Assembly (NCBI RefSeq): GCF_963921235.1
Contig: NC_086097.1
Coordinates: 106,766,001-106,830,000, forward strand
Source of the DNA: Mobula hypostoma
Taxonomy: Eukaryota
DNA length: 64,000 nt
Reading direction: 5' to 3'
Shown here: positions 51,376-62,028 of the stretch, piece by piece
How the letters are laid out: the number at the start of each line of letters is the position of its first letter
Position numbering within the stretch: the first letter of the stretch is position 1
Program-made: the position numbers and the translations under genes
The notes under the pieces: model-generated
Seen by the model: only the letters and a program-made list of their open reading frames with translations
What the model was told of the DNA's origin: nothing
Databases searched by the model: none

Positions 51376-52089
51376 AAGATGGTAAAGTCAATGAGAAAAG
51401 AGAGAAATGGTCAACTATATAATAGTATGAAATCAACTACAAAAGAATGGCAGGTCTGCTACACTATTGTTTAGGTCAACTTCAAAAGAATTGGAGATAC
51501 GTTGCAAGAGTGAAAATGAGTTGCCAAAGAGGAGGGGATCCTCTTAAAAGAAGGGAAAATGATCTCCAGTAAAGTAGCTAGATGAGTTACAAGCCAGTGA
51601 CAGCAGGATTTCAAACTCCATGGGGCTCAAAACAATCAAGCTAAAGAACAGTTGACATGACGGGACCCTTGTTCCAGAAGAGGAGGAGACCAGCCTCATA
51701 AGAATTGAGAGATCAGCTATGAATGAGCAGGATAGTGGCATTAAAAAATAAACTGTTGTGGAAGAGCAAGAGATGTTCACGGAAATTCCAACAAGTCTGC
51801 TAGGGAAATCGAAGGCCCAATATCTGTGAGTCCGAGTCCACTGGAGGGTGGACGCCCAGAGGCAGCCTGTCCTGGGTTTGGAGACCTGTGTGTGAGTGGG
51901 TGGGTGGGCAGGAGGGAGGAAAGTGCTTGATTTACAGCTGCTGTTTTGTCGCTGTTGTGGTCCTTTATGTTGCTCTGCTGAACATTGTGGGCATGCTACA
52001 TTGGCACTGAAATGTGTAGCAACACTTGTGGGCTGCCTCCAGATCATCCTTAAGTTATGTTAGTTGTTAATGCATATGCATATAGTAGG

Positions 52090-53450
52090 GTACAAACAGA
52101 ACGAGATGGAGAGAGTAGGATGACAGATGGGATGAGGGGAATGTGAAGGAGGAATATCAGATGACAAAAACGAGGTGAGTATGTATGGAAACACGAGGAA
52201 ATCTGCAGATGCTGGAATTTCAAGCAACACACAAAAAAGTTGCTTGTGAACGCAGCAAGAAGGGTCTCGGCCCGAAACGTCGACTGTACCTCTTCCTAGA
52301 GATGCTGCCTGGCCTGCTGCGTTCACCAGCAACTTTTTTGTGTGTTGCTTGAGTATGTATGGGAAGACAGCACTGGGCATGTGAGTCACTTGGAAATGGA
52401 AAGTTTTAATGTTCTACTCAAGTGGAATAGGAGATAACATTCTTCCTATCTATGTTTGGTCTCTGCAAAACAATGCAGAGAGGCAAGGATAGTCAGGTTG
52501 GTTTGTAAGCGGAGGGAGAGTTAAATTAACCTGCAACTAGAAGTTTTAAGTGGCCACTGCAGACAGAGCTCAGGTGACCTATGCCTTAACCACTGTAGAG
52601 GCAATCACAGTGTGTATACTAAATGAAACAGACCAAGCTGGAAGAGGCGCAGGTGAACAGGATTGTTTAGGTCCTTGTATATTGGTGAGGGTGAAGATGA
52701 AGGGACAACTCCTCCAGCTGAAGGGATTGGAAAGGGTGGCTGGGGATAGATGAGCAAAACAGGGAGCAATGAAGAGAGTGGTCTCTGCAGAAAGGAAAGA
52801 GAGTCAGGGCAGGGGGGTTTTCAGGGAGGATGTGACTGGTGGTGGTATGGCATTGGAGATGGCAGAACTGGCAAATAATAATGTCTTAGTTGTGGAGACT
52901 GGTAGGATGGAAGACGAAGACTCAGGAAGAGAGCAGATGAGGAAACGCGTGTAGGCGTACCTTTAACTATTGCATAGACTAGACAACCGTTTTGTGGAGC
53001 TCCTGCACTCTGTCTGAAACAACCACCAGCAACTTTCATTTGCAGATTATTTAACTCTTCTTTCCACTCCTACAATGACTTGCCTGTGTTTGTCTTTCTG
53101 CATTGCTACACATAAGCCAGACACATTTATATTCTCTTTAGATAACTTACCATTTTCTATTTCTAAGTAAACCATAGCCCCAAGCTCCCCTCCCACATAC
53201 ACTTATATGTCGTGTTTGCATTCACCAGCAACTTTGATGTGTGTCACTTATATGTTCCATGTATTCATCATTCCCACTACATCTGCTTCCACCTATTACC
53301 TACCAGCCTCTGACCCACAGCTATGTACTAGCAGTCTTTCCTGTACCCTCTCAGACCTGATGCAAGTCTTGACCTTAAATATTGACTTCAACCTCAGATT
53401 CCCATAGATGTGCTTGACCCACCATGGCCAGTTTTGTTTTTGTTCAAAAC
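52090..53450. mobile_element. Ancient Penelope-like element with inverted (minus then plus) segments
   Basis: A decayed GIY-YIG tail is recognisable on + at ~52975-53140 (RLDNRFVELLHSV). The purine-rich minus-oriented part lies at 52090-52950, with a decayed terminal motif at ~53350-53420. Confidence 0.5.
52189..52349. mobile_element. 161-bp inverted-repeat Penelope-derived insertion
   Basis: 13-bp TSD TGAGTATGTATGG (52176-52188, 52350-52362); inverted arms AGCAACACACAAAAAAGTTGCT.GTGAACGCAGCA. The hammerhead lacks CUGANGA. Confidence 0.85.
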
Positions 53451-53584
53451 TGTGGTCCCCTTTCTATACAAAAGAATAAGAGATGAGCTCAAAAGAATGG
53501 GAGATTAGTTTTTAAAAAAGTGGGATACACGCCACTAAAGAGGGAGAAAATCTCTAATAGTGAAAAACACTGTTAAAAAGGTAA

Positions 53585-53828
53585 GAGAACATAAGACTAT
53601 ATGATATAGGAGCGGAATTAGGCAGTTTGACCCATTGAGTCTGCTCTGTCATTTCATCATGGCTCATATATTTCTCTCTCAGCCCCAATCTCCTACCTTC
53701 TTTCAGTATCCCTTCATGCCCTTACGAATGAAGAACCTATAGCCCTCTACCTTAAATATACCCAATGACTTAACCCCCATAGCCACCTGTGGCAATTAAT
53801 TCCACAGATTCACCACTATCTGGCTAAG
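53585..53828 (-). mobile_element. CR1 3' fragment
   Basis: Same 3' UTR as the 1773 and 6270 copies. Confidence 0.8.
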
Positions 53829-54439
53829 AGATAAGCTACCCAAAAGAGGGGAGTCAGCAGAAAAGCCTTGCAGGTGAAAAAGATTGAGAAAGCAACCATA
53901 AAAGGTCAGGGAGATCCACTGTTAAATATCATGGAGAACTGCTTCCAAAGAGCAGAGCTTCAGTTGAAAGGAGTGGGGAGATGAGCCACAAGTGAGGGGG
54001 AGATGAGTGTCAATGAGCCTTGTGATTAGCTGCATTAAGATTGTGATGCCAGTTACAAAATAATTGTGACTGTGGAGTGGAAGATCAGCTATGAAAAAAT
54101 CAATTATAAAAGAACTAGGATAATAATTTCAAAAACACAGGGAAAAAAATATCAGTATTGGAAGTCAGGAAAGTAATTGGCTGGTACGTATGTATTGTAG
54201 TTTTTTTCTGTCTCTACCTTCCAGTGGTTTGCTCTATAAATAAAGTTAATACCTTAAAGCCAGTTTATTGTTTAGTTCTAATTGTATGAAACATCAGCAG
54301 AACCAATTAAAAAGTTTAATTATAGATCAAATACATTAAGCTTTGATGGAAGTCCAAGAGCAGTTATATCCAGTGATCGTGGCATATGGATACTGGCAGA
54401 TACCATTGTGATTCACGTGGCCTCATCTTCAGTAATTGG

Positions 54440-54590
54440 CTGCAACACACACAAAACGCTGGTGGAACTCAGCAGGTCAGGCGCACCTATGGAAATGAAT
54501 AAACATGTATGCTATCCAACCTGCTGAGTTCCTCCAGCATTTTATGTGCACTGAAGTTAGATTTTCAAGATCTGCAGAATCTCTTGTATT
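54440..54590. mobile_element. Old hairpin-shaped Penelope-derived insertion
   Basis: Inverted pair GCTGGTGGAACTCAGCAGGT / ACCTGCTGAGTTCCTCCAGC plus ATCTGCAGAATCTCTTGT. Confidence 0.65.
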
Positions 54591-55389
54591 TATGATATTC
54601 AGTAAATAGTTGCATCTCAAGGGACTAAACAGGAATAGATGAACTAGAGTCTAAGATTTGGAACTGTGATGCATCGTGAAGAGAGACTGTAACTTGGTAT
54701 CACCGATCCAAGAGACTGTCACACCTCTTAGGCTAGATACATTAGATATGCTCATTAGTCAGAGACATGAAAGTATTACTGTAGGTTGGCAAGTGTGGAT
54801 ATTCAAAAAATCATGCCAGAAGAACTTGAGCTTTTACACTCATCCAGCAGATACAAAGTTATTGCTGCCTGTGTAGATGAGATTCTTTTCAGCATCATTT
54901 GGGGACATTGTTTTATATAGTCAAAGACAAGAGTCCCAGAGCCACATCATCTGCCCATGTGTACACCAGTGGAAGAGAAACTTTGAACTAGAAATGAAAG
55001 ATCCAGCTGGCATGTTGAAAAAGATAGGAATCACAGCAAGGAATAAAAAAAGAATAGGTTTTTCTGAGAAACTACATGCAGCTTGAATTCATATGTAAAA
55101 GTAGAATCAGAATGCTCAGATGGTAATCTTTTGATTACCACCCGAGCCACATCCAAATTCGCTTACAGTTTCCTATGTTTTTAAATCAATACCTTGGGTT
55201 TTCTTTTGCGAAATACTGACATTTTCCATATCCTCAAGTTTACTGTGCTTTCTGACAACATTATGAAAGTTTTACTTCTATATATTAATCTCCTGTTGAA
55301 ATGTATGGTCCCCCACTCAGATGAATTATTTCATGATTTTCAACAAAAATATATTCCATTGGGCAATATTAAAAATAGCTGGGGTTAAT

Positions 55390-55950
55390 GGTTTCCCTTA
55401 GACAAAGTGACTGGGAAATTAATGATAAAAAAATGATGCAACATCAGAAATTTTGAATAAATATTTGGTATGGTTTCACAGTTGAACACACTAATTTTCA
55501 TAATAATAACAGCAAATAAAAGTGAAAAAAACAGGGAACAATCATTATACAAAAGAAAAAGAACATGACGAACTAATGGAGTAAAGTTTGACAGATTCCT
55601 TGGACCTACTGTTCTGCATCTGTGGGTCTTAGGAGAGAGGTCTGCGAAGATTCCTAGTGATGTTCCAAAATTCCTTAGATTCTGGAAAGATTCCAGCAGA
55701 TTACAGAAGTGTAAATAGAATATCTCCATTTAAGAAAGGAGGAAGACAGAAAGCAGGAAAGCTGTAAATCAGTGGCTTAACATTAGGCATTGGGAACATG
55801 CCAGAATTCATTATTAAGAATGTAGTAGTCAGGTACTTAAAAAAAATCATAATACAATTAAGCAAAGTCAGTATATTTTTCTGAAAGCAAATCATTACTT
55901 GACTGATGTATTACAGATTTTTGTGGATAAAGGCAGCTGAGTGATGAAGG
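55390..55950 (+). mobile_element. Highly decayed CR1 ORF2 fragment
   Basis: Recognisable TTTAAGAAAGGAGGAAGACAGAAAGCAGGAAA (FKKGGRQKAG) and PGP-like regions. Confidence 0.6.
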
Positions 55951-55980
55951 AGGACCTGAAAACTAGGAGGAGACTCCTCA

Positions 55981-56280
55981 ACTACCACACCACTCTTTGA
56001 CCATCAAGTCCATCTATTGACTACCAAGCTCACTGGACAACAGCAAATTCTACTCTTTGACTTCTAAATCATCGCCCACTAACCAGCAATCCCAAAATGA
56101 AGCCCAATCACCAACTCAATGATTCAAATACTAGCTGCACCATTAGTCCTTAAGTACCAACCACATGCCGATTAACAATCCAATCCCAGAATAGTAATCA
56201 AACACAATGTCACTCTCCCAACTCACCAACCTCTTCTCACTGATTACCAATTCTACTTTGCAATTATCAGTACATTTAAA
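55981..56280 (+). repeat. Degenerate C/A-rich ~20-nt tandem repeat (approx. ACTACCAAGYCYACTCTTTG)
   Basis: Unit starts at 55981, 56000, 56020, 56040 and 56060; similar composition at ~61965-62028 and ~63464-63586. Confidence 0.5.
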
Positions 56281-57299
56281 ATTCCTCTTATGAGGTCTGG
56301 GCAGCAATGATAAGATGAACATTTATATTCTGTCTCTAATTGCTCCTTAAAAGATGGTAGTGAAATGCCCAAAAGAAATGGTGATAGGTTCCCAAGTCAG
56401 AGTAAAGCATGATTTGGAGTCCTACATAAAGTAACTGTCCATGATTCTGAATTTGAACACCATTTTGTGTTGGTCAAATTCCACCTTAAGAGATGCGGTC
56501 ACAGTTGCCCAGATGAGTAACTGTAGTACATAATACAGAGTGTATGCACTTTCGCAATAGTGAGCTGGTAGTGGGGGGAATAGATATATAGGGTAGTGAA
56601 TGAGGTGCCAGTCAAATGAACTACTTTGCCCTCAATCATGCTGAGCATCTTAAATACTGTTAATAATTCCTCCAAACTCCTGACATGACAGAAAAGCTTT
56701 GGATTGTCAGGAAGTATATCATTCTGACTTGCACTATCAGATGAGCATTTATGGGGATAACTTGTCTGAGCTTCTGCTCAGGTGACAGCATTACCACTGG
56801 AAGGCTAGGCAGTTCAACTCTTTACTTTTGGGAGTGTTTCTTACTTGATACATGTCTATCAGCCCATGCCAAGATAGTACTGAGTTACTAGAGACAAGCA
56901 TCAACTGTTTCATTTGCTGAGGAGTTCCAAACAGAATTAACCATTATACAATCATGAGCAAACATCTCCACTCGTGATCTTATGACAGAAGGAAGATCAT
57001 AAGATCATTAGTTGAAGACATTAGGGTCTAGGATATGACCTGAGGAACTCCCGCAGAGACATCTGATGTCTAGGATGATTGATCTCCAACAACCACAATC
57101 AGTTTTCTTTTGTAGAAAGGACTTCAAGCAATGGAAGGTTTTCCTCAATGTCCACTGAGTTCATTTTACCAGCTGTCCTTGACGTCACATATGGTCAAAC
57201 ACTAACAACAGGAATTCTGCAGATGCTGGAAATTCAAGCAACATACATCAAAGTTGCTGGTGAACGCAGCAGGCCAGGCAGCATCTATAGGAAGAGGCG

Positions 57300-57337
57300 C
57301 AGTCGACGTTTCAGGCCGAGACCCTTCGTCAGGACTA
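57300..57337 (-). ncRNA. Minimal type I hammerhead ribozyme (Penelope-type)
   Basis: Minus strand UAGUC-CUGACGA-AGG(GUCUCGG)CCU-GAAACGUC^GACUG; predicted cleavage between 57305 and 57304. Confidence 0.8.
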
Positions 57338-57628
57338 ACTGAAGGAAGAGTGAGTAAGGGATTTGAAAGCTGGAGGGGGAGGGGGAGATGCAAAATGATA
57401 GGAGAAGACAGGAGGGGGAGGGATGGAGCCGAGAGCTGGACAGGTGATAGGCAGAAGGGGATACGAGAGGATCATGGGACAGGAGGTCCGGGAAGAAAGA
57501 CGGGGGGGGGTGACCCAGAGGATGGGCAAGAGGTATATTCAGAGGGACAGAGGGAGAAAAAGGAGAGTGAGAGAAAGAATGTGTGCATAAAAAAGAGTAA
57601 CAGATGGGGTACGAGGGGGAGGTGGGGC

Positions 57629-58657
57629 CTAGCGGAAGTTAGAGAAGTCAATGTTCATGCCATCAGGTTGGAGGCTACCCATACGGAATATAAGGTGTTG
57701 TTCCTCCAACCTGAGTGTGGCTTCATCTTTACAGTAGAGGAGGCCGTGGATAGACATGTCAGAATGGGAATGGGATGTGGAATTAAAATGTGTGGCCACT
57801 GGGAGATCCTGCTTTCTCTGGCGGACAGAGCGTAGATGTTCAGCAAAGCGGTCTCCCAGTCTGCGTCGGGTCTCACCAATATATAAAAGGCCACATCGGG
57901 AGCACCGGACGCAGTATATCACCCCAGTCGACTCACAGGTGAAGTGATGCCTCACCTGGAAGGACTGTTTGGGGCCCAGAATGGTGGTAAGGGAGGAAGT
58001 GTAAGGGCATGTGTAGCACTTGTTCCGCTTACACGGATAAGTGCCAGGAGGGAGATCAGTGGGGAGGGATGGGGGGGACGAATGGACAAGGGAGTTGTGT
58101 AGGGAGCAATCCCTGCGGAATGCAGAGAGAGGGGGGGAGGGAAAGATATGCTTAGTGGTGGAATCCCGTTGGAGGTGGCGGAAGTTACGGAGAATAATAT
58201 GTTGGACCCGGAGGCTGGTGGGGTGGTAGGTGAGGACCAGGGGAACCCTATTCCTAGTGGGGTGGTGGGAGGATGGAGTGAGAGCAGATGTACGTGAAGT
58301 GGGGGAGATGCGTTTAAGAGCAGAGTTGATAGTGGAGGAAGGGAAGCCCCTTTCTTTAAAAAATGAAGACATCTCCCTCGTCCTAGAATGAAAAGCCTCA
58401 TCCTGAGAGCAGATGCGGCGGAGACGGAGGAATTGCGAGAAGGGGATGGCGTTTTTGCAAGAGACAGGGTGAGAAGAGGAATAGTCCAGATAGCTGTGAG
58501 AGTCAGTGGGCTTATAGTAGACATCAGTGGATAAGCTGTCTCCAGAGACAGAGACAGAAAGATCTAGAAAGGGGAGGGAGGTGTCGGAAATGGACCAGGT
58601 AAACTTGAGGGCAGGGTGAAAGTTGGAGGCAAAGTTAATAAAGTCAACGAGTTCTGC
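57629..58657 (-). pseudogene. Penelope RT-thumb/GIY-YIG ORF, 5'-truncated
   Basis: LPFLDL, YYKPTD..SYL, CKRNKCYTC and VIYCVRCSRCGLLYIGETRRRLGDRFAEH motifs. Confidence 0.93.
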
Positions 58658-58685
58658 ATGGTCAAACACTACCTGAATGAAAAGG

Positions 58686-59369
58686 GTGTCACAGGTAGAC
58701 AGGGTTGTAAGGAAGGCTTTTGACATCCTGGCATTCATAAATCAAATTATTGAGTATAGGAGTTGGGATGTTATGATGAGGTTGTATAAGACATTGGTGA
58801 GGCCAAATTTGGAGTATTAAGTGCAGTTCTGGTCAACTAACTATAGGAAGAATATCAGTAAGATTGAAAGAGTGCAGAGCAGACTTACTAGGATGTTGCC
58901 GGGTCTTCAGGAGTTGAGTTACAGGGAAAGATTGTAAACACAAAATACAGGGAAGGATTGAACAGGTTAGGACTTTATTCCCTGGAGCGTAGAAGAATGA
59001 AGGGGGATTTGATAGAGGTTTACAAAATTATGAGGGGTATATGACAGAGTAAATGTAGGTAGGCGCTTTCCACTTAGATTAGGACAGATAAATATGAGAG
59101 GACATGGCTTTAAGGTGAAAGGGGAAAGGTTTAGGGGGAACATTAGGGGGAACTTCTTCACACAGAGTGGTGGGAGTGTGGAACGAGCTGCCATCTGATG
59201 TGGTAAATGCAGGCTCACTCTTAAGTTTTAAGAATAAATTGGATAGATACATGGATGGGAGAGGTCTGGAGGGTTATGGACTGGGTGCAGGTCAATGGGA
59301 CTAGCGGAATAAAGTTTCGGCACAGACTAGAAGGGAAGAATGGCCTGTTTTCTATGCTGTAGTGTTCTA
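58686..59369 (+). mobile_element. CR1 3' fragment (last tail bases resume at 61053-61071)
   Basis: LYKTLVRPNLEY* and MKGDLIEVYK, followed by a CR1 3' UTR. Confidence 0.9.
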
Positions 59370-61052
59370 GGAGGGTACATGTGTATGTGCACCCTCTACC
59401 AGTACATCACCAAGGTCCGGACTGATGAGAACATCCCACAGCAATGCAGAAATGCAAACATCTTTGTCATTTATAAGAACAAGGGTGACAAGGCCATCTG
59501 CAGCAATAGTAGGGGCATATCACTCCTTTCTGTTGCTAGAAAGGTCCTGGCTAAGGTGATGCTTCAGAGACTCATTAGCAACATCACCGAGTCAATGCTG
59601 TCTGAATCGCAACGTGGATTTAGGAAGAACAGCAGCACAATCGACATGATCTTTACAGCCCGGCAGCTTCAAGAAAAGTGCTGGGAGCAACATTCGGACC
59701 CGTTAATGGCCTTTGTCGACCTCTCCAAAGCATTCGACACTGTGCAAAGAGAGCTCTTATGGGATGTTCTCCTTAGGTTTGGCTGTCCCAATAAATTTGT
59801 TAACATCCTCCACCAGTTCCACGATAGGATGACTGCTCGGGTGACCATAGGAGGACAAGAGTCCGAGTCCTTCCTGGTAAGCACAGGGGTGAGGCAGGGG
59901 TGTGTACTAGCGCTAGTGCTCTTTAACATCTTCCTCTTGTGTGTTACCAAGCTTCTCCACAACGAGATTGAAGACAGCAGGAGTGTGGCTGTGGACGTCA
60001 GATTAGATGGCAACCTCTTTGACATCAGGAGGCTTGACACAACCAGCAAACTCTGGAGAGAGTGGGTCCTGGAGCTGTAGTATGCAGATGACTGTGCTCT
60101 TGTGGCCCATACTCGAGAGGATCTTCAGACTGTCCTTGCTGTGGCGGTGAGAGCGTACAGCAGGATGGGGCTGACTGTCAATACCACCAAGACAGAAGTG
60201 GTTTGCCAATGGAGTACCAGTGTCCCACCCACTCTACCTGCCTTCACTGTTGGTGATGAAAAGCTGTCAGTAGTGCCATCTTTCAAATATCTGGGGAGCA
60301 TTCTCTCTGAGGATAACAGCATTGACAACAACATCCAGAGCCGCATTAAACAGGCATCAGCTGCCTTTGGGAGATTTCGGCGTAGAGTCTTTCAGAACAG
60401 GAGCTTTCGTCCCTCCACAATGGTCGCCGTATACCAAGTGGTCTGTGTCATCACCCTCCTTTCTAGCTGTGAAGCTTGGGTAACCTACAGTCCTACATCA
60501 AGTCCTTGGAGCGCTTCCACATAAGCTGCCTCCAGCGCATCCTGGGAATTACCTGGCATGAGCGGGTGCCTCACATTGAAATACTTGTAAAGACCAACTG
60601 TAGAAGTATTGAGGCCATGATCACCCAGCATCAGCTGCAGTGGCTGGGACACGTGATAAGGATGCCCCCCATGTTGGCTACCCCGCAAAGTGTTATGCGG
60701 CCAGCTACATCATGGTCGACGCTCAGCTGGAAGGCCGAAGAAGCGCTATAAGATCAGATGAAGAATGCTTTAAGGGAGGACCTGAGGACCTGGAGGAGGT
60801 TGCTGCTGACCGTACCACTCGGCGACAGCTGTGTAGGGACGGGGTTCATATTCTGGAGATGGAAAGAACAACCAGAAGACAGCAGAAGAGAACCAGGAGA
60901 AATGCAGCCATGGTTGCCACCACTACTACATATACATGTCCCACCTGCAATACAGCTTGTGGGTCCAGGATAGGACTATGTAGTCATCAAAGATCTCACT
61001 GTTAAAGGAATGGATGTCGTCATCAGATTTTGATGGACAACTGAAGAAGAGA
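59370..61052 (+). mobile_element. 5'-truncated RTE-clade LINE (BovB-like)
   Basis: RT motifs SRGISLLS, AFVDLSKAFD, GVRQGCVL and *YADD; C-terminal CPTC...SRIGL.SH. (GAA)n tail; 9-bp TSD AGTGTTCTA at 59361-59369 and 61053-61061. Confidence 0.93.
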
Positions 61053-62028
61053 AGTGTTCTATGGTTTTATGGCAGTCACTCTTCTTAGTTTCAAAATTCA
61101 TCACTTAGGCCATGACTATGGAGAAGGATGAAGCCATGAAGTTTAGGCAAAACCTTGCTGTGTCCAGTGTTCTCTGTTATTTCTTGTCCCTTGTGGAATA
61201 AACCGAATTTGCCAATTCCATGATGGTGGAGATGTCAGGTGAAATCTGAGATGGGTGATCCACCTGAAACTCTTGGCTGACTGCTCAATCTTCTGCCTCT
61301 AGAAATCTACCAATTCTGCTGGGCCTTGCATTTGCTGAGGAGCCTCTTCCTCTCTTTTAACTGCCCATCAATCATGACTACAGTAGCTGTGACAGAACAG
61401 CAGATCTTTGACCTGACGCACCGCTTGTAGGAGCTGTCCATTATTAGTTGCAATTGCTCTTTGAAGTGCTCTGCTACTTTGGAACCTCATTTTCAAGTTC
61501 ACCTAGTGCTACTTCCAACAGATACTTCTGTTCTTTTCACTGCACCGCTGCTTGAAGTATGCCTGGCCTTGAGGATACAATTTTACAGGTGTTGATGGCT
61601 TTTAGCACATTTGATTCTATCTGATTTAGCAGGAATGGTAGTGCCTCACAAAATGATGCAGGATACCCTTAGTGTCCAGGCAGAATTTGTCCCCATAAAA
61701 ACTCTGTGGTAGCCACTTTTACAATAGATAGACTGATAAAAACAAGATCAAGTAGTTGCTCACTATCTGTTACAGACAGAGTCTGGCAAATTATGTACAG
61801 TATTTCAGAACTTCACCAGCTGAGGTTGGGATGATCTTACTAGGCCATGGCCATGGACAACTCACTGTATTAGCTGATTCTTCTAAGCAATGTTTAACCT
61901 AGAGGAACAGCTACTGCAAGGTTGTAGGTAGTAATCAATATGAGACTTTTTTCATACATTTTCCTTCACCTTGCCCACCTCATTTCTCCAATACTCCAAC
62001 CACCAAATTCTACACACCACACTTCCCA

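Larger units (their letters stand above)
812..54180 (+). repeat. Ancient degenerate ~22-nt tandem repeat forming the inter-TE matrix (consensus GGAGATCAGCTACAAAAGAGCA), discontinuous
   Basis: Near-consensus copies at 1216, 1621, 3965, 14724, 18550, 33285, 44281, 44472 and 45657. 22-nt spacing is visible at 4234/4256/4278 and 18550/18572. Orientation is the same in all blocks. Confidence 0.75.
57205..58657 (-). mobile_element. 5'-truncated Penelope-like element (RT C-terminus, GIY-YIG endonuclease, hammerhead-bearing terminal repeat)
   Basis: Perfect 14-bp TSD ATGGTCAAACACTA (57191-57204, 58658-58671) and an uninterrupted ORF. Confidence 0.96.
56290..61960 (-). mobile_element. Ancient CR1/L2-group LINE, fragmented by Penelope, CR1 and RTE insertions
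   Basis: The reconstituted target reads ...IQVVFDHM* (DIKAAFDRVW-like) across the Penelope TSD. GAAAAGGG (58686) joins CAGTCACTC (~61073). Confidence 0.5.

Noticed and set aside
52606..52635. V(D)J recombination signal sequences (CACAGTG here and at ~31417 and ~47731; CACAGT in the array)
   Set aside because: No ACAAAAACC-like nonamer at 12 or 23 spacing and no adjacent V, D or J coding segments.
55194..55293. Minus-strand 100-nt exon candidate (CAACAG|G ... AAG|GTATTG)
   Set aside because: Only one short open frame with no recognisable homology and a weak pyrimidine tract. It is not supportable without RNA data, though the location between the two repeat matrices merits a look.
58658..58738. 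N-terminus of the Penelope ORF (MNARMSKAF...)
   Set aside because: It lies outside the TSD and derives from antisense CR1 and target DNA.
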